Shown here: positions 9,648-19,388 of the stretch, piece by piece | Layout of the letters: each line of letters opens with the position of its first letter | Position numbering within the stretch: position 1 is the stretch's first letter | Origin: Bacteroides fragilis | GTDB lineage: Bacteria; Bacteroidota; Bacteroidia; Bacteroidales; DTGW01 | Assembly: GCA_945889005.1 (NCBI GenBank) | Contig: CAMDBI010000011.1 | Span: forward strand, 1,379 to 65,378 | DNA: 64,000 bases | Direction of reading: 5' to 3' | Notes under the pieces: generated by a model | What the model saw: the letters and a program-made list of their open reading frames with translations, nothing else | What the model was told of the DNA's origin: nothing | The model's database searches: none | Made by a program: the position numbers and the translations under genes

Positions 9648-10911
9648 CTATAATCAATCTATTACCTATTACACAATCTAAACAACGCTTTTTTGTACAA
9701 AATTCATTTTTCAATTCTATTAAACCCTGCGATTCATAGGCGTTTTCTGCAACAACTTTTCTTTTACTCCAATTTTCTATTATTTTATTTTTTTCAGCAT
9801 TAATATTTTCGAGCAAAGCAATTGCTCTGTTGCAATACATTTCGTCGCCTTTCCATTTGCCATATGCAAAAATAAAAGGAATAACCGAGTTGATCAATAT
9901 TAAATCTACTGATTCGTGACCCAGATTCTTTTTTTCATTTCTAGATTGAACACCAAAACGATAATGTGTTTCCCAATAGGGCGAAGTTGCAACATTAAAA
10001 AAATCCTTGAGCTGACTATGCTCCACTATATTGACTACTTCCGATATTTTATGTACATGGTTCGTAAGCCACAAAGACAGTTGAGCCAATCGAACGCTTG
10101 GAAAATTTTGGGGTCTAATTCTCAAAAATTTCCATAGATGTTTCTCGATAGGTTTTAATTTGTACTTGTGTTTTTGAAAAGCGAACTCTTTCTTCAACGA
10201 AAGATAATAATCTTCGTCAACATCGTTTTCGTCGAGCATACCGGCCATCCCAAAAAGCAAAGCTTCAATTATAAATAGTTCGTCCTTATGCTTTATCAAT
10301 ATGTTGATTGGTATAGACTTAGCAAGCAATTCGAAGGGTAAAGCATTGAGTTTTGTACCCAACGATTTGGCTAAACTAATAAAAAGTGTTTGAGCAAAAT
10401 CGTTATTCGATTCATTGTAAAGCAGATCGAGCTGCTCTGTTTTGCGTTCGAGACGTCTAATAGTGAGACTCGTAACAAAATGGCGAATTATCATTGGCTC
10501 GATACTCGTAAGCGATTCCTCGCAAGCAATCCAGCGCTCACTATTGATCAATTGCTCATATTTAATCAATAATTTCTCGTCAAATCGAATTTCCAAAGCA
10601 GGAATAATCCTTCCCGATGAAGTAACAATGTCTTTGTCGTGTTTATAAACCACATGAACGAGCACATTGTCATAAGCCTTGTCGGACTGGTGATTGTGCA
10701 AATACCAATCGCTACTTTTTATATGAACTTCGACATTTCCAGCCCAAATTTCTTCACCAACTTTAATGCGGGCATTTGTAAAATCGGGCCCCGAGTCGAA
10801 ATTGTGTATCCCCGGGTTTACAATGCTTACATTCTCACCTGTCGAGAGCTTTGCATTGTGTTGCTGCCAAAGATTATATTTCCAAATATGTTGAAGAAAT
10901 TGTTCGTTCAT
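9631..10911 (-). CDS. DUF2851-like protein
   Basis: 426 aa. The N-terminus ..EQFLQHIWKYNLW.. matches what I associate with DUF2851 in Bacteroidota. It overlaps the channel gene by 17 nt. Confidence 0.65.
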   Translation of the reverse strand: MNEQFLQHIWKYNLWQQHNAKLSTGENVSIVNPGIHNFDSGPDFTNARIKVGEEIWAGNVEVHIKSSDWYLHNHQSDKAYDNVLVHVVYKHDKDIVTSSGRIIPALEIRFDEKLLIKYEQLINSERWIACEESLTSIEPMIIRHFVTSLTIRRLERKTEQLDLLYNESNNDFAQTLFISLAKSLGTKLNALPFELLAKSIPINILIKHKDELFIIEALLFGMAGMLDENDVDEDYYLSLKKEFAFQKHKYKLKPIEKHLWKFLRIRPQNFPSVRLAQLSLWLTNHVHKISEVVNIVEHSQLKDFFNVATSPYWETHYRFGVQSRNEKKNLGHESVDLILINSVIPFIFAYGKWKGDEMYCNRAIALLENINAEKNKIIENWSKRKVVAENAYESQGLIELKNEFCTKKRCLDCVIGNRLIIDERKR

Positions 10912-10946
10912 TGTTCAGAGCATGAAGCTCTAAGATAAGATATTTT

Positions 10947-11780
10947 TTAGATTATCTTGTGTTTTTTGAGTAATTGCTCCATTTTTTGCTGAACTGCAAG
11001 AGCTTCTTCTCCGGCAGCATCGGCAAAACGATCGGTTCCATCGGCATAAATAATGTTGCGCGACGAATTGACCAAAATACCACAATTTTTATTCATTCCA
11101 TATTCGGCAACATCTTCTAAACTACCTCCCTGAGCCCCAACGCCAGGTACAAGCAAAAAATGATCGGGGACAATAGTGCGTATTTTTGTTAGCATATCGG
11201 CTTTTGTAGCACCAACCACATACATCATATTATTTTTTGTGCCCCATTTCATCGATTTTTTTAAAACAATCTCGAAGAAAGTGTCGTCCGTAAGTTGATC
11301 TTTAAGAAATTGAAAGTCGAAAGCCCCATCGTTAGATGTAAGCGCCAGAACAATAGTCCATTTATTTGTGTATGAAAGAAATGGAGTTACCGAATCCTCG
11401 CCCATATAAGGCGCAACAGTAATAGCATCGCAATTCATATCCTGCAAAAAAGCCTTGGCGTACATTTTAGAGGTATTGCCTATATCTCCCCTTTTGGCAT
11501 CGGCTATTACAAAAATATCGGGATAATTTTTTTTAATATAATCAATTGTCAAATCGAGGCTTACCCAACCGGCAGCTCCTATGGTCTCGTAAAATGCAAG
11601 GTTTGGTTTGTATGCAACTGCATATTGTGCCGTATGATCAATGATTCTTTTATTGAATTCAAATACCGGAAACTCAAAATCCATAATACATTTAGGCAGT
11701 TTGCTCAAGTCGGTATCAAGACCTATACACAAAAAACTTTTTTTCTTTTGAATGTTTTTTACAAGTTGATCGTAAGTCAT
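10947..11780 (-). CDS. pyrF: orotidine 5'-phosphate decarboxylase (type 2)
   Basis: 277 aa with ..LCIGLDT.. and ..IADAKRGDIGNT.. catalytic motifs. Confidence 0.9.
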   Translation of the reverse strand: MTYDQLVKNIQKKKSFLCIGLDTDLSKLPKCIMDFEFPVFEFNKRIIDHTAQYAVAYKPNLAFYETIGAAGWVSLDLTIDYIKKNYPDIFVIADAKRGDIGNTSKMYAKAFLQDMNCDAITVAPYMGEDSVTPFLSYTNKWTIVLALTSNDGAFDFQFLKDQLTDDTFFEIVLKKSMKWGTKNNMMYVVGATKADMLTKIRTIVPDHFLLVPGVGAQGGSLEDVAEYGMNKNCGILVNSSRNIIYADGTDRFADAAGEEALAVQQKMEQLLKKHKII

Positions 11781-11870
11781 AATCTGTTTTTTTTCAAAGA
11801 TATTATATATCTAAAGTAGAAATCAAAAATATCAGTATTTTTGATTATATTGAACATTTAAATAAAATTT

Positions 11871-12950
11871 ATGATACTAAGAGGTATATATTTATTTTTA
11901 AGCATATTATTATTATTTTCCTGTAATCAATATTCACAACCTACTATAGTTACATCGAGTACCACAAATTACAAGCCTGCACTATCAATTGTTTTGCCAA
12001 TTAATAATGCGCAATATTCGATTGGTGAAAGTATAAAAATTGACTTTCGGGTTGTTGACAGCACCAAAACTCCCGATTCAATAGTTTTTCTTGTAAATAA
12101 AAGTAGACAAGGAACTATTCCTTTCAAAGATAGCACCATCTATTGGATTGACCAACAAATCAAAACTGGCACAACACTTTATTCATTATTAAGTTACTAT
12201 AGTGGCAATAGTTACGCTAGTTCTGTAACTGTTAAACTTCTTTCTGATATTGAGCCCAAAAAATATACCTATAAAATAATAAAAACCTTCAAGCACGATA
12301 TAACTTCATATACACAAGGTTTAATCTTTGAAAACAATTTTTTTTACGAAAGTGGAGGTTTGTACAACGAAAGTTCACTCCGAAAAGTGAAACTCGATGG
12401 CACTGTTGAAATTAAAAATCCTGTTGAAGGTCGCTATTTTGCCGAAGGACTCACTGCACTCAATGGAAAACTATACCAACTTACATGGCGCGAACAAATA
12501 GCCTTTGTATACAGCAAATCAGACTTTTCGCTCGTTAAAACCAGCAATTACTCAATAGCTGAAGGTTGGGGACTTACCAATAATGGCACAAATCTTATAA
12601 TGAGCGATGGTTCCAACAAGATATACACCCTAGAACCCGAATACTTTTCAGAAATTTCGCACATTGAAGTGTTCGACAACCGAGGCGCAGTCAACAATAT
12701 CAATGAGTTGGAACTTGTGGGCGATATTTTATATGCCAATATTTATCAAACCAACACCATTGCTACAATCGACGTAAATACGGGAAAAATACTGGGATAC
12801 ATAGATTGTTCGGGATTGCTAAATGAAAGCGATTACCGTTACGATACCGATGTTTTAAATGGCATTGCATATAACCCCGAAAACAAGCACTTTTATATAA
12901 CCGGCAAAAAATGGCCAAAATTGTTTGAAGTTGTTTTTATTGAGAAATAA
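11871..12950 (+). CDS. glutaminyl-peptide cyclotransferase (beta-propeller type) with N-terminal Ig-like domain
   Basis: 359 aa. Lipobox LLFSC is followed by ..YTQGLIFENNFFYESGGLYNES.. and a repeated propeller pattern typical of the glutamine cyclotransferase family. Confidence 0.8.
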   Translation: MILRGIYLFLSILLLFSCNQYSQPTIVTSSTTNYKPALSIVLPINNAQYSIGESIKIDFRVVDSTKTPDSIVFLVNKSRQGTIPFKDSTIYWIDQQIKTGTTLYSLLSYYSGNSYASSVTVKLLSDIEPKKYTYKIIKTFKHDITSYTQGLIFENNFFYESGGLYNESSLRKVKLDGTVEIKNPVEGRYFAEGLTALNGKLYQLTWREQIAFVYSKSDFSLVKTSNYSIAEGWGLTNNGTNLIMSDGSNKIYTLEPEYFSEISHIEVFDNRGAVNNINELELVGDILYANIYQTNTIATIDVNTGKILGYIDCSGLLNESDYRYDTDVLNGIAYNPENKHFYITGKKWPKLFEVVFIEK

Positions 12951-13041
12951 AAAAATACTTACAATTAAAAAATATTGAGAAACAACCCAATTAAATGTCG
13001 AAATATTTTAACTTTAATATTCTAATAAAAAAACAAACATC

Positions 13042-13602
13042 ATGAAAAAGATAATTCTAATCCTTACCTGTTTGATATCATTCTCGATACTTGCATCGGC
13101 ACAAGCCAAACCCGACTCTGGAATGACTAAAGAACAAATTGCCATAAAGAAACTCGAAGACAAAGTAAAAATTGCAGAAACCAAACTTGAGAAGGTAAAT
13201 CAACAAATTGCCATTCAAGACAGTATTGTTGCAGCTTGTAATGCCGATTTACAAGCGACAAACAACGAAATAAAAACTACCAAAAAAGAACATGAGTCTT
13301 TTATAAAACAAACCGACAACGAGTTAAAAGCTCTTGAAAAGAGAAAAACCAAAGCGAAAGAAGCTAGCGAAAAATTAGAAATTGACAAAGAAGGTAAAAT
13401 TGTTCTTGATGCAAGTATTAAGAAAAACAATGAGTTTGAAAAGATACTCGCTAATCTTGTCAAGAAAAATGAAAAACTCAATGCCACATCGGCCAAAGCT
13501 TCTGAAAAACTTAAAACCCTAAGTGGTCCCCAGAAACAAGCTCAAGAAGCACTAAAGACAGCTCAAATGAATTTAGAGGATGGAAGCAAGCCTAAGAAAT
13601 AA
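13042..13602 (+). CDS. secreted K/E-rich coiled-coil protein
   Basis: 186 aa. A signal peptide is followed by a heptad-rich charged sequence. No family recognised. Confidence 0.5.
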   Translation: MKKIILILTCLISFSILASAQAKPDSGMTKEQIAIKKLEDKVKIAETKLEKVNQQIAIQDSIVAACNADLQATNNEIKTTKKEHESFIKQTDNELKALEKRKTKAKEASEKLEIDKEGKIVLDASIKKNNEFEKILANLVKKNEKLNATSAKASEKLKTLSGPQKQAQEALKTAQMNLEDGSKPKK

Positions 13603-13765
13603 TCGAAAGTGCTGTATCCCAAAATTCTCTAAGGTACTCTTTGCAATAATTCTATCAATTTATTAAATAATTATCGAGAAGTAAAAGAAAATAATGAAAG
13701 AAATTATTGGCGATTTTTTCTAAATTGATTTGAACAATTGACTAATATACAATTGTCATTATCTG

Positions 13766-14212
13766 TTACAATATCCTCACCAACGACATAATAGCCACCG
13801 AAGTAATCTTTTTGCCGTCTATTGCCTGAATAAAAACATGGTATGGTCCTGTTTTTTGGCATTGGAAGTTGAAATATTGAACTGATTGCCCTGTTGCGGG
13901 TATGTATGTGCTAGCATAGAGTTTGCTCATATCGTAAAGTTGTACCATTGCTTTGCCATCTACTCCTTCGGCATCACAAATAGTAAAACGGTATTCGGTT
14001 CCTTTTTGGAGAATAATGGTATTTTTTTGCTGAGGTGCTTTGCCATCGGGGCCGGCTGCATCTAACTCAACATAAAAGTCCTTAAGGTAAGTTACTTCTT
14101 CTCCAGCTACCTTATTACAAAGGTCAACGAGTTTTTGAGTTGTTTGAGCGCTCGTTTCGAAAAAAGAGGTACAAACAAATACCAAAATAGCTGTAAAAAC
14201 TATTTTCTTCAT
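13766..14212 (-). CDS. secreted hypothetical protein (last gene of the signalling/ABC block)
   Basis: 148 aa with a signal peptide (..FETSAQT..). It is co-directional with upstream genes after an 88-nt gap. Confidence 0.5.
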   Translation of the reverse strand: MKKIVFTAILVFVCTSFFETSAQTTQKLVDLCNKVAGEEVTYLKDFYVELDAAGPDGKAPQQKNTIILQKGTEYRFTICDAEGVDGKAMVQLYDMSKLYASTYIPATGQSVQYFNFQCQKTGPYHVFIQAIDGKKITSVAIMSLVRIL

Positions 14213-14300
14213 ATCGTGGTTAAATTTTAATAATCAAGCTAATAGAGCTTATATTTTTGACCAAATTATTTTATAAAGATATACTTTTTTTTAAACAACG

Positions 14301-15230
14301 TTAAATATTAATCAACCTTGTTCGTACTTCTTCAATAGTTGTTCTTATTTGTTGCAATTGTTCAGGTGTAGAACTTACAATACTCTTGTCCATTTGTTTT
14401 ACTGTAAGAACTCCATTTTCAATAACCGATTCGGGTTCGCCAACCTCGTAGGTTATTTTTATGCCGCTAAATTTATCGCTAATTATTTTAAATTCATCGC
14501 GATATTTTTTAAAATCGGCATCACGTGAATAATTGTCGAGTATAATCATCAAATACGACAATATTTCTTTTTGACCACCAATACGTTCGTCCAATTTTGC
14601 ATTGCTTTTCTCTTTTGCTACCTGTGTAGCCAAATACATACCTTCGAGCCAGACCCCGGCAATAATCAATGCACTGAGACTCCCACGTTTGTTTTCGCGA
14701 AGGTAATTGTCCATTTGATTGAAACTATGTACCGAAATATACATCATCGAATCCATATTGGTATTGTTCGATGCAAGGCGTTTTAAGGTAGTGAAATCGA
14801 AAAACTGACCAATGTTAAGGTTGTCGGCCAATGTTTTGATGGTCGACAGATAATCGACCACAGAACCCGTTTTGCCATACATATTGAGGTAACCCAAATC
14901 GGCACCAAATATACCCAAAGCAAGTGCTTGTTGCATGCTAGTATTGTATTTCGACAAGTAACTGGTTGTTGCCAAGTATTTTTTAGAATAAGGAACTCCC
15001 ATAGACTTAATGAGAGCTGCCATTTCTACAGGCGACGAAACGTTTTCGACAATTCCTTTCATGGTTTCGTCAGAAACCTCGGGTGTTCCGGCAAATTTTA
15101 CCGAATCGGGTACCTCCAGGGTATTGTTTCCTCCACCTGAGCCACACGACGAAAATATTACAATAGCGAATATTAGGTATAAAATCTTGCTAATCATATT
15201 AATAAGTTTATTGGTTTTAGTTTTTTGCAT
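14301..15230 (-). CDS. hypothetical lipoprotein, translationally coupled to the ABC transporter
   Basis: 309 aa with lipobox IFSSCGSGG. Its start overlaps the ABC gene 3' end by 14 nt. Confidence 0.55.
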   Translation of the reverse strand: MQKTKTNKLINMISKILYLIFAIVIFSSCGSGGGNNTLEVPDSVKFAGTPEVSDETMKGIVENVSSPVEMAALIKSMGVPYSKKYLATTSYLSKYNTSMQQALALGIFGADLGYLNMYGKTGSVVDYLSTIKTLADNLNIGQFFDFTTLKRLASNNTNMDSMMYISVHSFNQMDNYLRENKRGSLSALIIAGVWLEGMYLATQVAKEKSNAKLDERIGGQKEILSYLMIILDNYSRDADFKKYRDEFKIISDKFSGIKITYEVGEPESVIENGVLTVKQMDKSIVSSTPEQLQQIRTTIEEVRTRLINI

Positions 15231-18200
15231 TTTTCCTACGCATTTTTATTTTCTCAGGTAAATTCAATAGTTTTTTCAACAATTCGAAATATAATGTAAA
15301 ATATAGTATCGTTGTATAAAGCCACAGTATACACATATTAAAGAAGAACGTATCGTAGAATTTTCCTAAAAAATATTTTCGTGGTGCATAGAAATGCGAC
15401 CTTACACTCAACGGTCCAGTAATACGAGGATCCATAAAAATGGGGTCGACTTGCTGAACCAGATAATGATCGTATTCCAAAATTTTATTTTTTTCAAATA
15501 CTTTTTTAACTTGATCTTCCAATTGCTCGTTGGTGTATTTATCTTTCATTTTCTGATAGTAATCGCCTTTATTAGCTACTAACCAGTTGATTATATTGGT
15601 TTTTTCGAGATTAGCACTGTTGAAATCGTCTTGGTAATATTGCAAAAGATTTTCGAGATATTCGTGCAAATAAGGCAAAATGGAAGCTTCAAACTTTTCA
15701 GGGGTCAAGTAGTCAAAATATTTGAACTGAACAGATGGAACCAAGCTTTGTTGAAGTGCTATCTCGTTTTTAAGTAACAACAAGTCATTGAGCGATTTTT
15801 GCAATTTTCCTTTATTATTGAATTCGTTGTCGACATTATCGGCACGTTTCATAAGCTCAGGAATATAATGCACTTGCTTAAAATCAGCATTACTAATGCG
15901 TTTTTCAAGGGGGTAGAATTGCTTTTGAAACTCGTTGTCCTTATACTGTGTTACCATTAATGCTTCGTACGACCATTTGGTCACCATTATTTCGGCAATT
16001 AAAGGTACTTTGTCGACACTTCCAACGGTACGATTGAGCTTATCGAAACTAAACATGGCACCGCTCAGTACCATCATCGGGATCATGAGCAGCGGTATTA
16101 CAATATATATGGTAACAGCCGAGTTGAACGATGCCGATACATTTAAACCCAGCATATTGGCAAATGCAGCAGTCGAAAACAATGCAAACCAGTATACAAA
16201 AGTAAGATCGTGTATTCCCAAAATGGCATTTCCTATCAGTACAAATGTTCCACTCTGAATAGCAGCCAACACAAATAGTATAAAGACTTTTGAGATCAGG
16301 TAACTTGTGCGGCTCAGGTTCAGAAATGCTTCTCGTTTTAGTATTTTGCGGTCTCTAAAAATCTCCTCGGCACTTACTGTAAGTCCTAAAAATAGAACAA
16401 CAATAAGACTCATAAATATATAAATAGAAATATTTTCGTTTTCCCTGAAAATATAAACATCGGAATTGGGGTCGGCTATATACCTTATTATATATGAAAG
16501 TATAAAACCTAATAATGGTGCTTCGAGCAAATTGAGTGCAATATATTGTTTATTGCTTATTTTCGATAAGAAGTCGCGAATGGTATAGATTTTTAATTGT
16601 TGTAACTTACTAGGAATATTAAGCGTTTTTGGAGGAGCCTCTTTAATTTCCTCAATATTTTCGACTTTAAAGCTTTGCTTGTAGTGCTCTTCCCATTTGG
16701 GGGGCGCCACCTTACGGGTATTGGTGTAATTGCCATACTCATCAACTACTCGGGCTTCTACAATATTAAAAATTAGTTCTGGATTAACATTTCCACATGC
16801 CGGACACTCGCCTACTTCACTATTGATTTGGCGATCCATACGTTTGAAATACATAACAGCCTCAACCGGGTTGCCATAATACACCTGATAACCACCTGTG
16901 TCGAGTATTACCATTTTGTCGAACATCTTGTATATTTCGGACGATGGTTGGTGTATGACCACAAAAATCAATTTTCCTTTAAGAGCCAATTCGCGAAGAA
17001 GATCCATCACATTTTCCGAATCTCGCGACGAAAGACCCGATGTAGGCTCGTCGACAAACAATATGGATGGCTCTCTGATAAGTTCAAGTGCAATATTTAA
17101 ACGTTTGCGTTGCCCGCCCGAAATAAATTTGTTTAAAGGTGAACCCACCTTCAAATCTTTACGGTCAAACAAACCTAAATTTACAAGTGTTTTGTGTACA
17201 AGTTCTGTAAGTTCTTCTTCGGTTTTGTCTCTAAAACAAAGCTTAGCGCTATAATATAAATTCTCAAAAACCGTAAGCTCTTCAATGAGCAAATCGTCTT
17301 GCGGAATAAGCCCAATAACACCTTCCAAATCACGTTTTTGGGTGTGAAGGTTTTTGTTATTAATAAGCACTTCGCCTTTCGATGGGCACTCGTTTCCGCA
17401 TAATACATTGAGCAAGGTGGTTTTACCCGCTCCCGACGCACCCATAATTCCGACCAGCTTACCGTGCTGTTCGGCAATGTTTACATCGATTAAACCTATA
17501 TTGCCATTTGGAAAGCGAAATTCGAGATTATTAACAACAAAAGATATTTTACTAGAATGTATATCGGCCAAAAAATGTGCAGCTACATCGCTATAATATA
17601 CCGGCTTACCCTTAGGTAGCTTAACGGTACTTCCGGGCGAAAATAAGTATATTCGGCGGTTGTGAACAGCCAATCCGTTGAGAAACAAGGTCTCTGAACC
17701 AGTATATTTGAGAAAATAAAGATCGGCCGAAGGAATTCGAAGTATAAAAATATTGGTATCGAGCTTTTCGGTATGAATCTGCTTACAAGCTTGACATTCA
17801 ATCTCGTGATCGCCTATAATTAATACATTGTTGTCGTCGAGTTTTGTTGGATCTGAATTGATTACAAACGAGTCAACACTTTTAAATTCGTCGCTTGAAA
17901 TATTAAATACTTCTGCAACGGTATTGATTATTGCCATACGCTGATCAGAAAACTTCTGATCGGCACTAACTATTTCGAATAATCTTACAAGAACAATTAC
18001 TTTTTGATTCTGTGTAAGGGTTTTATTTATTTTTTTACATATACCGAGTATACGAACCGAATCTTTTACCGAAGTGAGTTTCTTTTTTTTCTCACCATCA
18101 CCGTTTTCCTCAACGGTTATACCAGCAAATTCTTCAAATTGTTTATAGTATATTTCGGTTTGTTCATCTGACAATTGTAAAGCCAAAAAATTCCTAACAT

Positions 18201-18288
18201 ACTCTTTCTCACTATCTTCTACACCTTCATCTTGTTTTACGATAAGGGCAAATAGTTGCATTAGCGCTTTGAGAATCTCTTCACTCAT
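15217..18288 (-). CDS. ABC transporter, fused ATPase-permease (ABC-2/ABCG type) with large N- and C-terminal extensions
   Basis: 1023 aa with Walker A GASGAGKTT, signature SGGQRKR and Walker B ILFVDEPTSGL, followed by a multi-TM ABC-2-type permease. An extra N-terminal region of roughly 270 aa and a long C-terminal extension ending in another TM helix are present. Confidence 0.85.
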   Translation of the reverse strand: MSEEILKALMQLFALIVKQDEGVEDSEKEYVRNFLALQLSDEQTEIYYKQFEEFAGITVEENGDGEKKKKLTSVKDSVRILGICKKINKTLTQNQKVIVLVRLFEIVSADQKFSDQRMAIINTVAEVFNISSDEFKSVDSFVINSDPTKLDDNNVLIIGDHEIECQACKQIHTEKLDTNIFILRIPSADLYFLKYTGSETLFLNGLAVHNRRIYLFSPGSTVKLPKGKPVYYSDVAAHFLADIHSSKISFVVNNLEFRFPNGNIGLIDVNIAEQHGKLVGIMGASGAGKTTLLNVLCGNECPSKGEVLINNKNLHTQKRDLEGVIGLIPQDDLLIEELTVFENLYYSAKLCFRDKTEEELTELVHKTLVNLGLFDRKDLKVGSPLNKFISGGQRKRLNIALELIREPSILFVDEPTSGLSSRDSENVMDLLRELALKGKLIFVVIHQPSSEIYKMFDKMVILDTGGYQVYYGNPVEAVMYFKRMDRQINSEVGECPACGNVNPELIFNIVEARVVDEYGNYTNTRKVAPPKWEEHYKQSFKVENIEEIKEAPPKTLNIPSKLQQLKIYTIRDFLSKISNKQYIALNLLEAPLLGFILSYIIRYIADPNSDVYIFRENENISIYIFMSLIVVLFLGLTVSAEEIFRDRKILKREAFLNLSRTSYLISKVFILFVLAAIQSGTFVLIGNAILGIHDLTFVYWFALFSTAAFANMLGLNVSASFNSAVTIYIVIPLLMIPMMVLSGAMFSFDKLNRTVGSVDKVPLIAEIMVTKWSYEALMVTQYKDNEFQKQFYPLEKRISNADFKQVHYIPELMKRADNVDNEFNNKGKLQKSLNDLLLLKNEIALQQSLVPSVQFKYFDYLTPEKFEASILPYLHEYLENLLQYYQDDFNSANLEKTNIINWLVANKGDYYQKMKDKYTNEQLEDQVKKVFEKNKILEYDHYLVQQVDPIFMDPRITGPLSVRSHFYAPRKYFLGKFYDTFFFNMCILWLYTTILYFTLYFELLKKLLNLPEKIKMRRKNAKN

Positions 18289-18330
18289 TTTTTGGGGGAA
18301 ATTTTATTTTAGATAAACAAGTTTTGAAAA

Positions 18331-18708
18331 TTATGCATAAGCAATTTTTTCAAATGGTACATCTACAATATCTGCATATTCATTACCTGCTTCTTCCATA
18401 TCTTCGTCGTCTTCGGGGTAATGCCATTTAATAAGCACCTTTCCGCTTTTCTTGTGAAGATCCTCAAGTTTCATGAGTATATCAAGAATCATTTTTGAAG
18501 AGGCTGTGTTGAAATATACAAGTTTGAAATTGAAAACAGTATCAGCATTGGGTGCAGCAATGTAATCGCCCAACCATGTAAGAATAGGCCCATAAAAACT
18601 GCTGACATCCTCTGGCAGTGAACGACCCGATATTTCAAACTGGTTTGCAGCCTTATCGAGTATTACTTCAGGAGTATCTTCAGTGCCCTTAATTTTAATC
18701 GCGTCCAT
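18331..18708 (-). CDS. DUF1987 / SiaC-like partner-switch phosphoprotein
   Basis: 125 aa with the hallmark ..FNFKLVYFNTASSKMILDIL.. and an acidic C-terminus. It resembles SiaC of the Pseudomonas SiaABCD system. Confidence 0.75.
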   Translation of the reverse strand: MDAIKIKGTEDTPEVILDKAANQFEISGRSLPEDVSSFYGPILTWLGDYIAAPNADTVFNFKLVYFNTASSKMILDILMKLEDLHKKSGKVLIKWHYPEDDEDMEEAGNEYADIVDVPFEKIAYA

Positions 18709-18722
18709 AGCTTATTGAGTTA

Positions 18723-19298
18723 TCAATTATTTAATCTTGAAATTGTTGAAGTTAATAAAAAAAATGAAATTTTATCGTCGATTGGTAAAAAATGAAATTC
18801 GAGTTTGTTTTTGGTTTTACGCTTAATATCGATAAACCCGAGACCTGCGCCACCTTTTTCGGACAAGCGCCCCTCTTTAATTTGTTTTTTGTACAACTCG
18901 TCAAGTTCTTCTTTTTCCAATGAGTTGATGCGATCGAGCATTGTTTTAAGTTCTTCAACTCGCGAATTGTCGAGTGCGTTACCAGTTGTAACTGAGTATT
19001 CGGCTTCGCCTTTGCTAACCATAAATATTCCTCTGCCAGCATATTGAAAATCGTTGATGGCAAAATCGTCGGCGTGTTTGCTAATATTTTGAAGACATTC
19101 GACCATTACATGAAAAACCTTACGCTGTACATTTCCCGACTCTTCTTCCTTAGCCATATTCGACTCGGCTAGAGATGTAAATGCCTTTGTTAATTGATGT
19201 GTAATTTCACCTTCATACACTAATGTAATCTCGTGAGTTTTCATGGTTTGATAAAAATCATACACAAACTCTAAAAATCCTTTGGTGTCTTTTTTCAT
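18723..19298 (-). CDS. SiaB-like protein kinase (anti-sigma-kinase/GHKL-like)
   Basis: 191 aa with ..KGGAGLGFIDIKRKT.. near the C-terminus, as in SiaB-family kinases. It lies directly upstream of the DUF1987 gene. Confidence 0.7.
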   Translation of the reverse strand: MKKDTKGFLEFVYDFYQTMKTHEITLVYEGEITHQLTKAFTSLAESNMAKEEESGNVQRKVFHVMVECLQNISKHADDFAINDFQYAGRGIFMVSKGEAEYSVTTGNALDNSRVEELKTMLDRINSLEKEELDELYKKQIKEGRLSEKGGAGLGFIDIKRKTKNKLEFHFLPIDDKISFFLLTSTISRLNN

Positions 19299-19388
19299 TA
19301 TTTATTATTTTATTTTCAGATCTATGATATCCATTTTGATTCAACATCAAATTTAATGTTTTTTACATAAATCCAAGCATGTGAATAT

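Noticed and set aside
15394-17801. Several 60-118-aa ORFs on both strands inside the ABC transporter gene
   Set aside because: All are embedded in, or antisense to, a 1023-aa ORF with intact Walker/ABC motifs. They are spurious.
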